From Octopus vulgaris (Eukaryota): a DNA stretch of 64,000 nt. Both the position numbers and the translations under genes were made by a program. The notes below the pieces were generated by a model. The model saw nothing but the letters and a program-made list of their open reading frames with translations. It had not been told where the DNA came from and ran no database searches. Shown in pieces: positions 12,453 through 25,440 of this stretch. The stretch's first letter is position 1. The number at the start of each line of letters is the position of its first letter. The stretch covers positions 26,164,001 through 26,228,000 of the forward strand of contig OX597833.1 of assembly GCA_951406725.2 (NCBI GenBank), written 5' to 3'.

Positions 12453-14264
12453 TCTGTATGTATGTTATACATACAAGCCTATATGTCAAGATGTTCGCAA
12501 CCCAACTTTGAGTGACGGGGTTAGAATTTACTGCGTCGCAACTTGGGAAAAAATTCCATTTAATATACCCTGGGATCGACTCAAACCATATAAGTGAGAA
12601 ACTATGTGGAAACCCGTGGAATGGACTGCATCGTAATACAAAATTTAGTTTCTTTAATACTATAGATTACTGTTATTCACTGCACATTATATTAGGAGGT
12701 AGCCATTATGACCGAAAATTTGTATAAGGCTATAGGTGTGTCTGTATTCAACAATGTACAACAGCTAACAACATCTGGGAGATTAGTGGAATATAAATTT
12801 ATATATATATATACAATAGAAATTTATATTCCACTTAGTCTCTCAGATCTTGTTGTTGTTACATATATACATATATATAAGTATGTGTATATACATATAT
12901 ATATATACACGCATAGACACACACGTATATACACACGAAACATATGTAGACTTCCTTCTTATTGCTTTGTGTATGTGCGTGTGTGTGTAAACGGATATGA
13001 TATGTGTGTACATGTGGATATTCATGTGTGACACATTTCTTTCTATCTCTCTTTACACGGCTATCTGTCACGCATAATAATATAAATACATTCTTTAGAG
13101 ACAGTCGTTATGCTAGCCTCAGACATCACTTATGCATTCCAAGTCAGCAGAAGCCTTCATTTTCATTTTTTTTTCTCTACTCTTTCACTTCAAACAGAAA
13201 ATCAGATTGCAATGATTCGTTATTAGACTTTGGCAAAAGAACCAGAAATATTTGTCCAATTTCATTTCTTATGTCCAAATACTTTCCATTCTTGGCATTC
13301 ACTTTTTTTATTTACACACAAGAAACATTTGTGTCTCTTTGAATTACTATGGCACTCTACTAAGCATATATCACCCACTTACATTCACTTACTAATATAC
13401 ACACCTATTTATAGACGAGTATATGCACGAGTATTCATATTTACCTTTATATGTGTATACATATAATTGTACTTCAAAAACATTGTATATGACTGAGGGA
13501 TATATCCATGTGTGCATATGTGTATGTGCACGCTTGTGTACCTACACACACACAAACACACACATAAACACATACAAACACACATATAGATAACAGACAC
13601 ACTCTCACACTCATATATGTATACACGTGAACAGACAAATACAACAAATATATACCTATGTTTATAGTATATATTCAGATATGTATATAGGTATATATGT
13701 TTGTATACATACACACGGATATATGTCAGCCCGCACAATGAAAACACACAAATGTGAGCGTGGATGTGTGTTCTAGTGTATAAATGTATCTGTTAATCTT
13801 ACTGTTTGGCTTTCTTCTTTAGTTGAGCGTGTTGGCAACTTCATACCATAAATGTTTTTGGGTCGATATTCGTTGATTGATTTCTGTATTGTGCCCAATT
13901 AGTAGGAGTTTTCCTTAATCAATATCACACAGACTACAGTGCGAAACAAAAATATCTCACAAGATAACACATGTCCACAAAACCACGTTTTATAGCAAAT
14001 ATTACAATGTGTATAAACATATAAACGGGAGAGAGAGAGAGAGAAAGAGTGGTAAGTATACAGAGAGAGTGAGTGGAAGATGGAAAGATATAGATAAACA
14101 TGAATTGCACCGAGGAAAATACACACATATACGTACGTGCGTACACACACACATACATACATGCATACATACAAAGGGACGTGTTTTCCTCCCTTGTTTC
14201 CTCTCTCTATCTGTTTTCGCCCTTCATTCCTTTGAGTAGCAGAGCATAAGCTCAAAACGTCAAA

Positions 14265-14582
14265 GAAGAAATCGATCCAGGACTTATTCTTTGTATGCCT
14301 AGTACTTTCTATCGGTTTCTTCTGCCGAATCGGTAAGGTACAGGGTCGTACACATACCAACGTCGGTTGTCAAGCGATGGTGGGGGGTACAAATATACAC
14401 ATGTATATACGACAGGCTTCTTTTAGTTTCAAATCCACTCGGGTTTCTTTGAGTACCAAATCTTCTCACAAGTGTTTGGTCAGCCAGAGGCTGTAGTAGA
14501 AGACATTTGCCTAAGTTACCACGCAGCGAACTGAACCTGGAACCATGGTGTTGGGAACCAAGCTTCCTACCACACAGCCACG
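14265..14582 (-). mobile_element. SINE family A, lacking extreme 3' tail
   Basis: Reverse complement of the family A head and body. Confidence 0.85.
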
Positions 14583-14599
14583 TATATATGTATATGTGT

Positions 14600-14760
14600 G
14601 TTGGTGTGTTTACGTCCCTGTAATTTAGCGGTTTAGCAAAGAGTGCCCGATAGAATAAGTACAAAGTTTACAAAGAATACATCCTGAGGTCGATTTGTTC
14701 GACTAAAGGCGTTGCTCCAGTATGGCCACAGACACATGACTGAAACAAATAAAAGAATAC
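14600..14760 (+). mobile_element. SINE family A, 3' half
   Basis: gttggtgtgtttacgtccc...gatagaataagtac...gactaaaggcg...tgactgaaacaaataaaaga. Confidence 0.85.
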
Positions 14761-14802
<42 letters not shown>

Positions 14803-15964
14803 ATAAACAGATAGATAGATAGATATACACACATATACATCTATACATCTATATATATTGTGTGCGTATGTATGTATGTTTCTCAACAAAAACTGTCCAA
14901 CGAACGGGAATGTGAAACTCTGAGTAACAGTTTTTGTGATGTCTTTGCAATTTTATTAATAAAGTATAACTGTACATGTGTGTGTGTGTGTGTGTGCGCG
15001 TGTATGTATATGTACATATATCTGTATGTATATATATATATATATATGTATGTATGTGTGTGTGTGTGTGTGTGTGAGTGTGTGTGTGTGTATAAATATA
15101 TATATATATACATATGGATGAAGGGAGGGAAGGACATGTGAAAATATAGAGAGATAGATAGAAAGAGAGAGAAAGAGAGAGAAAGAAAGAGGAGAGACCG
15201 AGAGAACCAGACGGACAGGCAGACATAGACAGAGAGATTTAAAAGAAGTAGAGATAGGCATTAAAGTTGAGAACTAGTTACAGATATTTCAAACAAATTA
15301 CGATTGTAGCTATTATTAACATGAGTAACAACAAAAACACCAACGAGAAAAATTCACGTAAAATGATGCATGAAATTGCCCGAATATCCTTCACAATACG
15401 AAAGCAACTTGTCCCTAATACTCCACTGATTTTGGAGAAAATATAAAATACAAGTACAAATTTATTTTGGTGAAAGGTAAAAGCATTGCATTGAAGCAAT
15501 TACGAGCACATTTTTCACTGCATTTTACAAGCTCAAACAAAGACGGCTGCAGACGAAAGTGGAAAGCTATATTGTTATGCAATTGAATCAGAACTAGCAC
15601 TATTCTATTGAAGAAGCGAATTAATTTAATTCTGTAATTACTGGAGGACATTATTTTACTCCTTTTATTTTAAGAGAAATAGAAAATATTTCCCTTTATA
15701 AAACTAATAAGCTTTTATTATATTACTAGCAGCAATATGGTTGACCATAAAGACTAGTGAATCATCTGAAAGAACGTAATCATGAACGAATGCTTAAATT
15801 GACGGAAACTTGTAGAGTTACTGCACGGGGTCATGTGAAACTTGTAAATCGCATTGACAGTGAATCACTAATGGTGGAACCAATGTTGAAATATTCTTTA
15901 ACGTAGATGAATAAAATTAGTGAAAATATGCATTTTCGCCTCTATATCCAGACATTACATAACC

Positions 15965-16482
15965 CTGTACATACACACGTACATACACACATACATGCAA
16001 ACATACATGCATACCTACATATATAAAGCATACATGCATACACTTATACATTCATACATGCATACATATATACATACATACCTGCACACATTCATACATA
16101 CATACGGACTCAAACACATACATAATGCATACATGCCTACATACATACATAGTTTATCATTTAAATATATATATGAGCATGTCTAGATATGCAATTTATG
16201 CATAAGAATACATACATAAAACAATCATACAAATCTGCACATATACATATATACATACATAATACATACATGCAAAAATACATGTTGTTGATGTACATTC
16301 CATGACATGCATACATGGATCTATATACAAACCTGCACACATTCATACATACATATTGGACTCAAGACACATACATAATGCATAATGCCTACATACATAC
16401 ATAGTTTATCATTTAAATAAATATATATACATGCATGCATACATACATGCATACATACATACAAAATACATACATACATACA

Positions 16483-16516
<34 letters not shown>

Positions 16517-16788
16517 CGTACATACATACATACAAATATATCCTGTTGTTGATATTGAAATTCCAATGAAGGATCTTTTGGATCTAGGTTACAAAATGGC
16601 TCTTTCCCTATTGGCAGGAAATCTTGAAATATAACTGAATACTGACAGACAAACAAACAATCAAATAAACATACATACATGCATGCATACATACATGCAT
16701 GCATACATACATGCATACATACATACAAAATACATACATACATACATACATACATACATACATACATACATACATACATACATACATG
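15965..16788. repeat. Compound (CATA)n region with local duplications and a unique insert of about 110 bp
   Basis: 16081-16167 is approximately repeated at 16332-16418; insert at about 16540-16645 has similar catgcatgcatac...caaaatacatac blocks on both sides. Confidence 0.85.
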
Positions 16789-18340
16789 CGGGTCATCCCA
16801 AGATTATTGTAAAAGTGAGCATAACTTTGTTATTAACCAAAGTTGCATACACGATTAGAGTAACTTCCTTTATAGTTACTCTAACATGTGTATATACACA
16901 GAGCAAGTAAACTTTTAACAACGTGTGCATATAGCTTCATACTGTAAATAAATAGGAGGGGCATGTGTGTTTCTGTGTGTGTGTATGTGTGTATGTGTGC
17001 ATGCGCGCGTCTGTGTGTGTCTGTGATGAAAGAAATAAAATATTAGATTGAGACCGTGATAAGGATATTATTGTCTCAATGTTAGACAGAAATCTATAAT
17101 GAGAAAAAATGTACGCGTTCTAATACTTGATCAACATTTATATACATTTAATGAATGGTCCAGTCATACATGAACTGCTTTAAGTTTTAACTGCAGTAAG
17201 TGCAACATTCGGACGCACTTATATAAGATGTACAATGTACCTTCGGCAGTTATACATCTTCATATAACATGTCTACACCATGGGAAAATAAGTGAAAAAT
17301 ACGGAAAGGAAGGTTGAAAGGGAATGAAGAATGGAGGATGATTCTGTTCAAAAACTGACGAAGAAAAATTAGGGTAGGTAAGTTTGATCTTCAATAAGAT
17401 ATTACTTGTGCGTGAAATAAGATAAAAGTTTCTCAACTACAAAACGTCCCAGCAACAAACAACCTGTGCTAATTGGATTTATCACCGAATGAAAAGATGC
17501 TGACTAAGCCGTTTTTGCCAAAATGCCCCTAACCGCAGGGGACACGTGTGATGTGGACATAGAATCTAATTACTCAGCAAGCATGAATGTACCTCAGCTT
17601 AGAGTGCGTATTAATATTTATATGCATACATATATAAATTTTATAACATGTATACATACACACACATACATATACACATAAATATAGATAGATTGGTAGA
17701 TATAGATAGATAGATATACTTTTATACCTATATATATACATGTGTGAGTGCGTATGTGTGTGTGTGTGTGTGGACATGTCCTTCATTATGAAGTGTTCAA
17801 TATTTTGAGGTAAATTAATTATAGACTCATCGAAAATGCTTCAAATATTTCAAGTTTAATTAGAGTAGCGGATAATTAGGTTAGTTTATTATAATTCTCA
17901 CCAGAGCTAATTAGAGATTTGCCAATCTACAATTAGGAATACAATTGTTTAGTCCACTAATTTCATAAGGCCTCCTAGATAAGCTCGTGTTTATGTATAG
18001 AAGTGTGTATACATATAACTATCTTATATATGTATGTATGTATCTATCTATCTATGTATCTATCTATCTATATATCTATCTATATATCTATCTATCTACC
18101 TATCTGAGTGTGCGCGCGTGTGTGCGTATGTGTGCACATGTGCGTATATATATACAAGTGTTACTACTGTGTCAGCATTTCTGCTTCAAGATATCTTACA
18201 AAGTCGACCAGACATACCCTCTCGCTCACATACACATATATATGCAGGTGTGTCTGTATATGTGTGTGTGTATATATATATATATATATGTGTATATAGC
18301 GAGAGAGAGATACACACATACACACACAGACATATATATG

Positions 18341-18414
<74 letters not shown>

Positions 18415-18425
18415 GATAGACAGAC

Positions 18426-18426
<1 letters not shown>

Positions 18427-18516
<90 letters not shown>

Positions 18517-18530
18517 CAGATAGATAGATA
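18427..18530. repeat. (GATA)n microsatellite
   Basis: Directly visible. Confidence 0.98.
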
Positions 18531-18782
18531 CGTCAATATGAGCATTCTGTATCGAATATTAGTCAAAAGTTCATTACCTCAATAAATGAAGGTTTTGTGT
18601 AGAAATGCGTGTTCTTAAATACAGTTTTCCACGCAGTTAGCAATTATAGAATCATTTCGATATCTGTTGGTGCCACTAGGCTACTGAATCTTACAGACCT
18701 AAAGCAAGGAATTTATTGTAAGCACGGAAGTAATGGGAGGAAATTCTTTGGTGTAAAATAAGAGCTATATACATACATTAAT

Positions 18783-18947
18783 GCGTGGCTGTGTGGTAAG
18801 AAGCTTCTTTCCAACCCACATAGTTGCGGGAGCAGTCACACTGCCTGGCACCTTGGGCAAGGGTCTTTTACTATATTCGAATACGGCCTAAATCCGTATG
18901 AATGGATTTGGTAGAAAGCGAAAAAGGCCAGTTGTTTATATATGTGC

Positions 18948-18992
<45 letters not shown>

Positions 18993-19190
18993 TGTCTGCC
19001 TGTCTGTTACTCAATACTACTTGACAACCGGTGTTGGCGTGTTTATGTTCCCGTAACATAGCGGATCGTCAAAAGGGTCCAATATATTACCATGTTCAAA
19101 AATAAAGTCCTGGGTCGATTTGTTCGAACTTCTCAAGGTGGCGCTCCAGCATGCCCACAGTCAAATGACTGAATCAAGTGAAAGATAAGA
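18783..19190 (+). mobile_element. SINE family A, diverged, internal (TG)n
   Basis: gtggctgtgtggtaagaagc...ggcaccttgggcaag...ctccagcatgcccacagtcaaatgactgaa. Confidence 0.88.
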
Positions 19191-19902
19191 TATATAAATA
19201 TATATATGTGTGTGTAGTGTGTGTGTATGTATCTTGTATGCATGTATATATGTATGTATGCCTGTATGTATGCCTGTAATTATATATGTATGAATGTATG
19301 CATATGTGTGTAAAGGCGTTTGACTCAGGACACTAATTGTCAACCTACAGGAACATGCCATCCTGTATTCTTCATCCTATATTCTTGAAATTTGAGAACA
19401 CTTGTAACAATAAACATCAGGACAGCAACTCTTCTTTTTGAATTGGCGTATAATTTATCTTGTACACCAGGTAGAAAAGGAATAACAATCGTTGTTCCTG
19501 ATTCAGCCGGAAGACTAAACATTTTGAGAGGAGGTGATTCGATTACATTGAGTGTTTATTGTGTTTTTTTTTTTGTGTGTATATAAAGCATCATCTGGTA
19601 GGTCTCTAACCTAGATACTATGAATGGAATTATCTTTCATTATTCGTTCTCTTAGAACCTTTCTATAATTTTCACGTATTTTCTCACAATGCTGTCATGT
19701 TATATGAGGTTTCATAGCTGCTGAGAGGTACATAGTACACCTCATATAAAGGCGTCCAAATGTTGCGCTTTCCGTGGTTAAAACTCGAGGCAATTTATGC
19801 ATAGCTCCTCTATTCATTAAATAACTTCCAAATATCCATGCGCAGTGTATGTATTTCCCAAGACACTTGGTTTAATAGTCTAGGATATATATACTCCCTT
19901 AG

Positions 19903-20102
19903 TTTTTTACTTGTTTCAGTCATTTGACTGTGGCCATGCTGGAGCAGCACCGCCTTCAGTCGGGCAAATCGACTTATTCTTTGTAAGCCTAGTACTTATT
20001 CTATCGGTCTCTTTTGCCGAACCGCTAAGTTACGGGGACGTAAACACACCACCATCTGTTGTCAAGCGATGTTGGGGAGAAAAATACAGACACACAAACA
20101 TG

Positions 20103-20161
<59 letters not shown>

Positions 20162-20320
20162 GCATATATATACGGAAACTGAAAGAAGCCCGTCGTATAT
20201 GCATATATACGACGGGCTTCTTTCAGTTTCCGTCTACCAAATCCACTCACAAAGCTTTGGTCGGCCCGAGGCTATAGTAGAAGACAGTTGCTCAAGGTGC
20301 CACGCAGTGGGACTGAACCC
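19903..20320 (-). mobile_element. SINE family A, 5'-truncated, with internal inverted duplication
   Basis: Reverse complement of family A; contains the palindrome at 20172-20233. Confidence 0.92.
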
Positions 20321-20599
20321 AAAATCAATGATAGCTGTTACTAACATATGTACAAGGGTACAAATTTGTTAGTTAAATCGACTGTAACAGTTGTCTACTA
20401 CTCTATTAACTGACCTAGAAAGAATGAGAAGAAAAATTAACTTCGTTGGGATTTGAGCATTGAGCACAAAAAGCCAAAAGTACTACAGCGAGGCTTCTTC
20501 TGCCAAATCCCTGCAAATATGTATACTAATAATAATGGCAGTAATTCAATAACGGTAATAAAAATATAGTGAAATTCGAAATAAATGTTATTCTCGACC

Positions 20600-20830
20600 T
20601 TGAGAAATAAAATTTAGTTGAAAGAGGAAGTAAAGATGGTTCGATAGTAGGTGAAAGTCTCAATCGATGCGAGAATCACCAAGTGTTCGATTACTGAGTC
20701 ACACAGGAACGAAAACAGCCAATCAGAAACGATAAGCTTTTGTATATGTATTTCTTGTCGTATTGGCGATATGAGAATAATTCTATATGTAAACGGAAAT
20801 TCCAGCAGATAATTGGCAGTATAGCAGAAT
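20600..20830 (+). mobile_element. Highly decayed RTE LINE C-terminal fragment
   Basis: KRK*RWFD resembles the RTE motif KRKLRWFGH. Confidence 0.35.
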
Positions 20831-21639
20831 GGAAAAGTTCTAGAATGATACAATGTTAAGGTAGGGAGAGAGGACAGAGGTGGGCTAAGACTAGAAGGAA
20901 GAGAGAATAATAGATGGGTGGTAAGAGTAAGAAATAGTGAGAGATTCTGTTACAGCGCGAGAAAGAGAATTGAGAATGAGAGAGACAAACAAAATGATGA
21001 TGCCTGCCAGGTATTTACTAACGCTTTAATGAAAGTTCTGACACGAAATTAACAATGTACAGTACATAGACATACACGCGAACATAATCAGAAACACACC
21101 CAGTCTCACACAAATATATTACTTGGCTTGTATACCCTGTACATCTTATATCTTCCATATAGACAGTTTCTTTACAACTTTCAAAAGTATTATATTTTCT
21201 ATCAGTATGCCAAACACAATAACTGATTATACTTGTAACATTCAGCATATTGTATTACTTACTACATATACATATAAGTGAACTCACGCACACACACACA
21301 TACACATATTTTGCATATGCATGTGAGTGTGTGTGTATGTGCGTGCGTTCGTGCGTGCGTGACCGTGTGCGGATGTAAACCAAATAAGAAGAGAACGCGA
21401 GATTTTTAGCAACATCTTTCATGATCAGTTAGAATTGTTATATGTACCAAATCTGCTTTCAACGCTTGTTTACGCAAAAAATCAAGGTGACAATTTACGT
21501 CATATTTGCGGTTTTATTCATATGTACGTACGTGTGTTTGAGTATGTGTATATGTATATTTATATGTATGTGACCGCGTGTGAATCGCTGGCAATTTTCT
21601 TTCCCTGTCTTCCGCTCCATGGACCTTTCCTTTTTCTAT

Positions 21640-21673
21640 GTTTCTGACGAAGAGCTCCGCTCAAACGTTAAAT
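21640..21673 (+). ncRNA. Minimal hammerhead remnant in a Penelope-like terminal repeat
   Basis: ttt-CTGACGA-agagc(tcc)gctc-[G lost]AAA-cg-TT-aaa; homologous to the motif at 61518-61553 (minus). Confidence 0.6.
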
Positions 21674-21785
21674 CCCCCTCCTTTCTTTCCTTTCCTGAGC
21701 GTCCAATAACACTATACATGTTCATATTTGGATTAATTATATATATATGTGTGTGTGTATCTGCGTGTGTGTGTGTGTCTGTGTG

Positions 21786-21848
<63 letters not shown>

Positions 21849-21937
21849 GAAATGAGGTACTCAGAAGATCGGATGGTTTATATTTACAGATATTTATTTG
21901 TATATTACGTTTGTTATATATATATCATATCACTTAG

Positions 21938-21974
21938 ATCATTAGCGCTTTCTCCCAGTGGGGTATTCAAATCA
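21938..21974 (-). ncRNA. Degenerate minimal hammerhead motif
   Basis: Minus strand: gat-TTGAATA-cccc(act)ggga-GAAA-gcgc-TA-atga; palindromic GCGC tetraloop; core box mutated. Confidence 0.45.
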
Positions 21975-21989
21975 AACTAAGTTGATTAC

Positions 21990-22015
21990 ATATGTATAAC
22001 TATGTATATATGTGC

Positions 22016-22055
<40 letters not shown>

Positions 22056-22070
22056 GTATGTATATATATG

Positions 22071-22129
<59 letters not shown>

Positions 22130-22200
22130 GTATATATGTATTTATATGTATATATATATGTATGTATATATATATGTATATATATATATATATGTATATA

Positions 22201-22258
<58 letters not shown>

Positions 22259-22268
22259 CGTATATATA
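21990..22268. repeat. Long compound (TA)n/(TATG)n microsatellite
   Basis: Directly visible. Confidence 0.98.
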
Positions 22269-22348
22269 GATTCAGATGAATATGGTACTTAAGTTGAGGC
22301 ACCAGAATTTAGTACGGTATTATCCATACAATTTCAAAGTAAGGGGGT

Positions 22349-22408
22349 TAAAATCAAAATAATCAGCAAGGATATCCCAAGTTATCCTTGTTGCTTATTT
22401 TGATTTTA
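22349..22408. repeat. Imperfect inverted repeat
   Basis: taaaatcaaaataatcagcaaggata ... tatccttgttgcttattttgatttta with an 8-nt loop. Confidence 0.85.
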
Positions 22409-22706
22409 TACGTATATATTGAGAGATAGATAGATAGATAAATAGATAGATAGACAGACAGACAGTCATAATGCGTACACATGGTCTTATTAGCTGAGTA
22501 TAAATATCTCAAGAAAAAAAAAAAAAAGCAATAAAAATACTTGTTTCAAAATTTGGCATAACGCCTGTTAGTTTAGTGGGTGAGTGTCGACCGATTCTAT
22601 CGACCCCACCGCTCAGCTGCTATTTATTTGATTAACCTCGAAACTGAGGAAAAGCAAGGCCGACCCCAGCGAAATGGAAACTAAGAACATAACTACTGCA
22701 ACTACA

Positions 22707-22748
<42 letters not shown>

Positions 22749-22824
22749 GATGATGCTGCTGCTGCTGCTGCTGCGGCGGCGGCTTTGACTAATAATGTTG
22801 TTGCTACTAGTAATAATAATAATA

Positions 22825-23416
22825 ACCCTTAACAAACGGCACAAGGCCTGAAATTCGAAGGAGTGGGAATACTCAAATACAGCGACTTCAGTACTCGAAT
22901 TGTTCTTATTTTATCAACCTCCGAAGAGAAGAAGGTAAAGTCGACCTCGGCGAAATTTGAACTCACAGCGTAAAGAGGGACAAGATGCCATTAATCATTT
23001 GCTTGGTGTATTAACGATTCTTTTCTACTCTAGAAACAAGGCGCGAAATTTGGGGGGACGGACCAGTCGATTAAATCGACCCCAGTACGCAACTGGTACT
23101 TCATATATTGACCCTGAAAGGATGAAAGGCAAAGTCGACCTTGACGGAATTTGAACCCAGATCGTAGCGGCAGACGAAATACCTATTTCTTTACTACCCA
23201 CAAGGGGCTAAAGACAGAGAGGACAAACAAGAGCAGACAAACGGATTAAGTCGGTTATATCGACCCCAGTGCGTAACTGGTACTTATCTAATCGACCCCG
23301 AAAGGATGAAAGGCAAAGTCGACCTCGACGGAACTTGAACTCAGAACGTAACGGCAGACGAAATACCGCTAAGCATTTCGCCCGGCGTTCTAACGTTTCT
23401 GCCAGCTCGCCACCTT
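22825..23416 (-). mobile_element. Tandem cluster of SINE family B units, including a dimeric copy (23020-23416)
   Basis: Three successive aaagtcgacct.g.cg.aa.ttgaac cores; head ggtggcgagctggcagaaacgttag at the right end. Confidence 0.92.
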
Positions 23417-23436
23417 AACAATAATAATAATAATAA

Positions 23437-23560
23437 TGGTTCCAGATTCAGTCCCACTGTGTGGCACCTTGGGCAAGTGTCTTCTACTATAGCCTCGGGC
23501 CGACCAAAGCCTTGTGAGTGGATTTGATAGACGGAAACTGAAAAAAAGCCCGTCGTACAT
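23437..23560 (+). mobile_element. SINE family A, 5' half
   Basis: ggttccagattcagtcccactgtgtggcaccttgggcaagtgtcttctactatagcctcgggccgacc. Confidence 0.9.
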
Positions 23561-23563
23561 ATG

Positions 23564-23597
<34 letters not shown>

Positions 23598-23622
23598 AGT
23601 GTGTATGTGTGTGTGTGTATGG

Positions 23623-23656
<34 letters not shown>

Positions 23657-23717
23657 ATGTATAAGAGTGAGTGGACAAATGAAAGGATAGAACAAATTTA
23701 TTGGGAGTTACATGTAA

Positions 23718-23879
23718 GGATCAAAGCAATTTCATTCAAATTCGTTGGTACTCTTGAGTTTCAAGCGTGATGGTAGCCGTCAACCATTCTGAATTTGAAT
23801 CAGATTGAAAATGGCTGACGACTAGCATCACGCTTGAAACTCAAAGTACCGACGAATTTCAATCGTATTGTTTTGCTCC
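23718..23879. mobile_element. Inverted pair of Penelope-like terminal repeats, each with a hammerhead motif
   Basis: Arms at about 23718-23788 and 23809-23879 are imperfect reverse complements; flanked by (TG)n tracts. Confidence 0.75.
23811..23852 (+). ncRNA. Type I hammerhead ribozyme motif
   Basis: tgg-CTGACGA(23815-23821)-ctagc(atcac)gctt-GAAA(23836-23839)-ct(caa)ag-TA-ccg; GUA cleavage triplet; base of stem II imperfect. Confidence 0.65.
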
Positions 23880-23880
23880 A

Positions 23881-23964
<84 letters not shown>
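23881..23964. repeat. (TG)n microsatellite
   Basis: Directly visible. Confidence 0.98.
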
Positions 23965-23965
<1 letters not shown>

Positions 23966-24439
23966 AAACACAACGGTGAATTATTAGTCTAAATACTATG
24001 GTGCATTCAATAAAAGGTAGCGTATGAAATATATAACAAGAAATATACGTACCAGTTAAATGCTCATCAACGGATTATTCAGACTGGAGGAAATTATATT
24101 TTTATAATCTTACAACATTCCTGGCCACAAACATTGAAACAAGACAAAGTGATACTGATGAGAAGGAATGTTTAAACACAACTGTAATTCTTCCTGTTAA
24201 AATATACACTATGTCGATGAGCATAAACATATTTATGCCCGTATATTTATTTCAGTATACACAAACATATGTATACACAGACACACACACACTCACACGC
24301 ACACACACAGACACACACACACACACATACACACACAAACACACACACATATATAAATATGTATGTATATATGTATATATATATGGATATATACATATAT
24401 ATATGTCTGTAAGTGTATGTGTGCGTGTATCTATGTATG

Positions 24440-24475
<36 letters not shown>

Positions 24476-24597
24476 TATATATGTTTGTATGTATATATGT
24501 GTGTGAGTGTGTATACATTGTGTTTGATAAGGGCGCAAAAAAGAAACTGATATTTGATGAGGAGATAACTGAAAGTTTCAAGCACATAAGAATACAC

Positions 24598-24671
<74 letters not shown>

Positions 24672-24983
24672 GATAGATAGATAATCAGACAGACAGTTAC
24701 ACAGACAAACAAACAGACAGACTGATATGTAAGAGCAAAGTAACAATAACAGAATGAGTTAATTACGCAAAAGCCGGTGAAGAAGAGAATTTTAGAATGT
24801 ATGAAAAGAGGAATATAATCTAATCCAATTGTGAAAGACATTGCATCACAGCTTTCATTGCAGCTGTAAGTTATTTTAAAAGCTTCCAGTTTGAAGATTT
24901 TATCAAATGAATTCTAGCGAATAATCATTTAGCTCGTATGAATTTTAAAATACCATCCCGTTACTTGCATCTAATTCTGCCTG

Positions 24984-25032
<49 letters not shown>

Positions 25033-25234
25033 TCTCTCTCCCTCTCGTTCTTTCTTTCTTTTTTCTCGGTTGCTCGCTGATTACAGGAGAGTATGTGTGA
25101 GTGTGTGTACCACTAAATATGTCAATGTATGCATGTATGTTTGTATATTTTTATATAAACAACCAAATAAATCTGATCTCTTAATTCCCTTCACCATATA
25201 AGACATCGTTCTCGTTTGTTGAGTATTTTTGGTC

Positions 25235-25440
25235 AAGCCGAACTGGCAGAAAATTTAGCACGCCGGGCAAAGTGATTAACGACATTGCATCCGTCCTTAC
25301 GTTCTCAGTTCAAATTCGACTGAAGTCAACTTTGTCTTTCATTCTTTCGGGGTCAAAACAATAAATACCAGCTGAGTACAGGGATCGAAATAATCCGCTT
25401 AGATCCCTCCCCCTAAATTGCTGGCCTTTGCCAAAATTTG
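25235..25440 (+). mobile_element. SINE family B, diverged
   Basis: gaactggcagaaaatttagcacgccgggc...gttcaaattc...ctttcggggtc. Confidence 0.85.

Noticed and set aside
19700-19749. 11-bp inverted repeat (ttatatgaggt/acctcatataa)
   Set aside because: Short and AT-rich with no TSD or other support; compatible with chance
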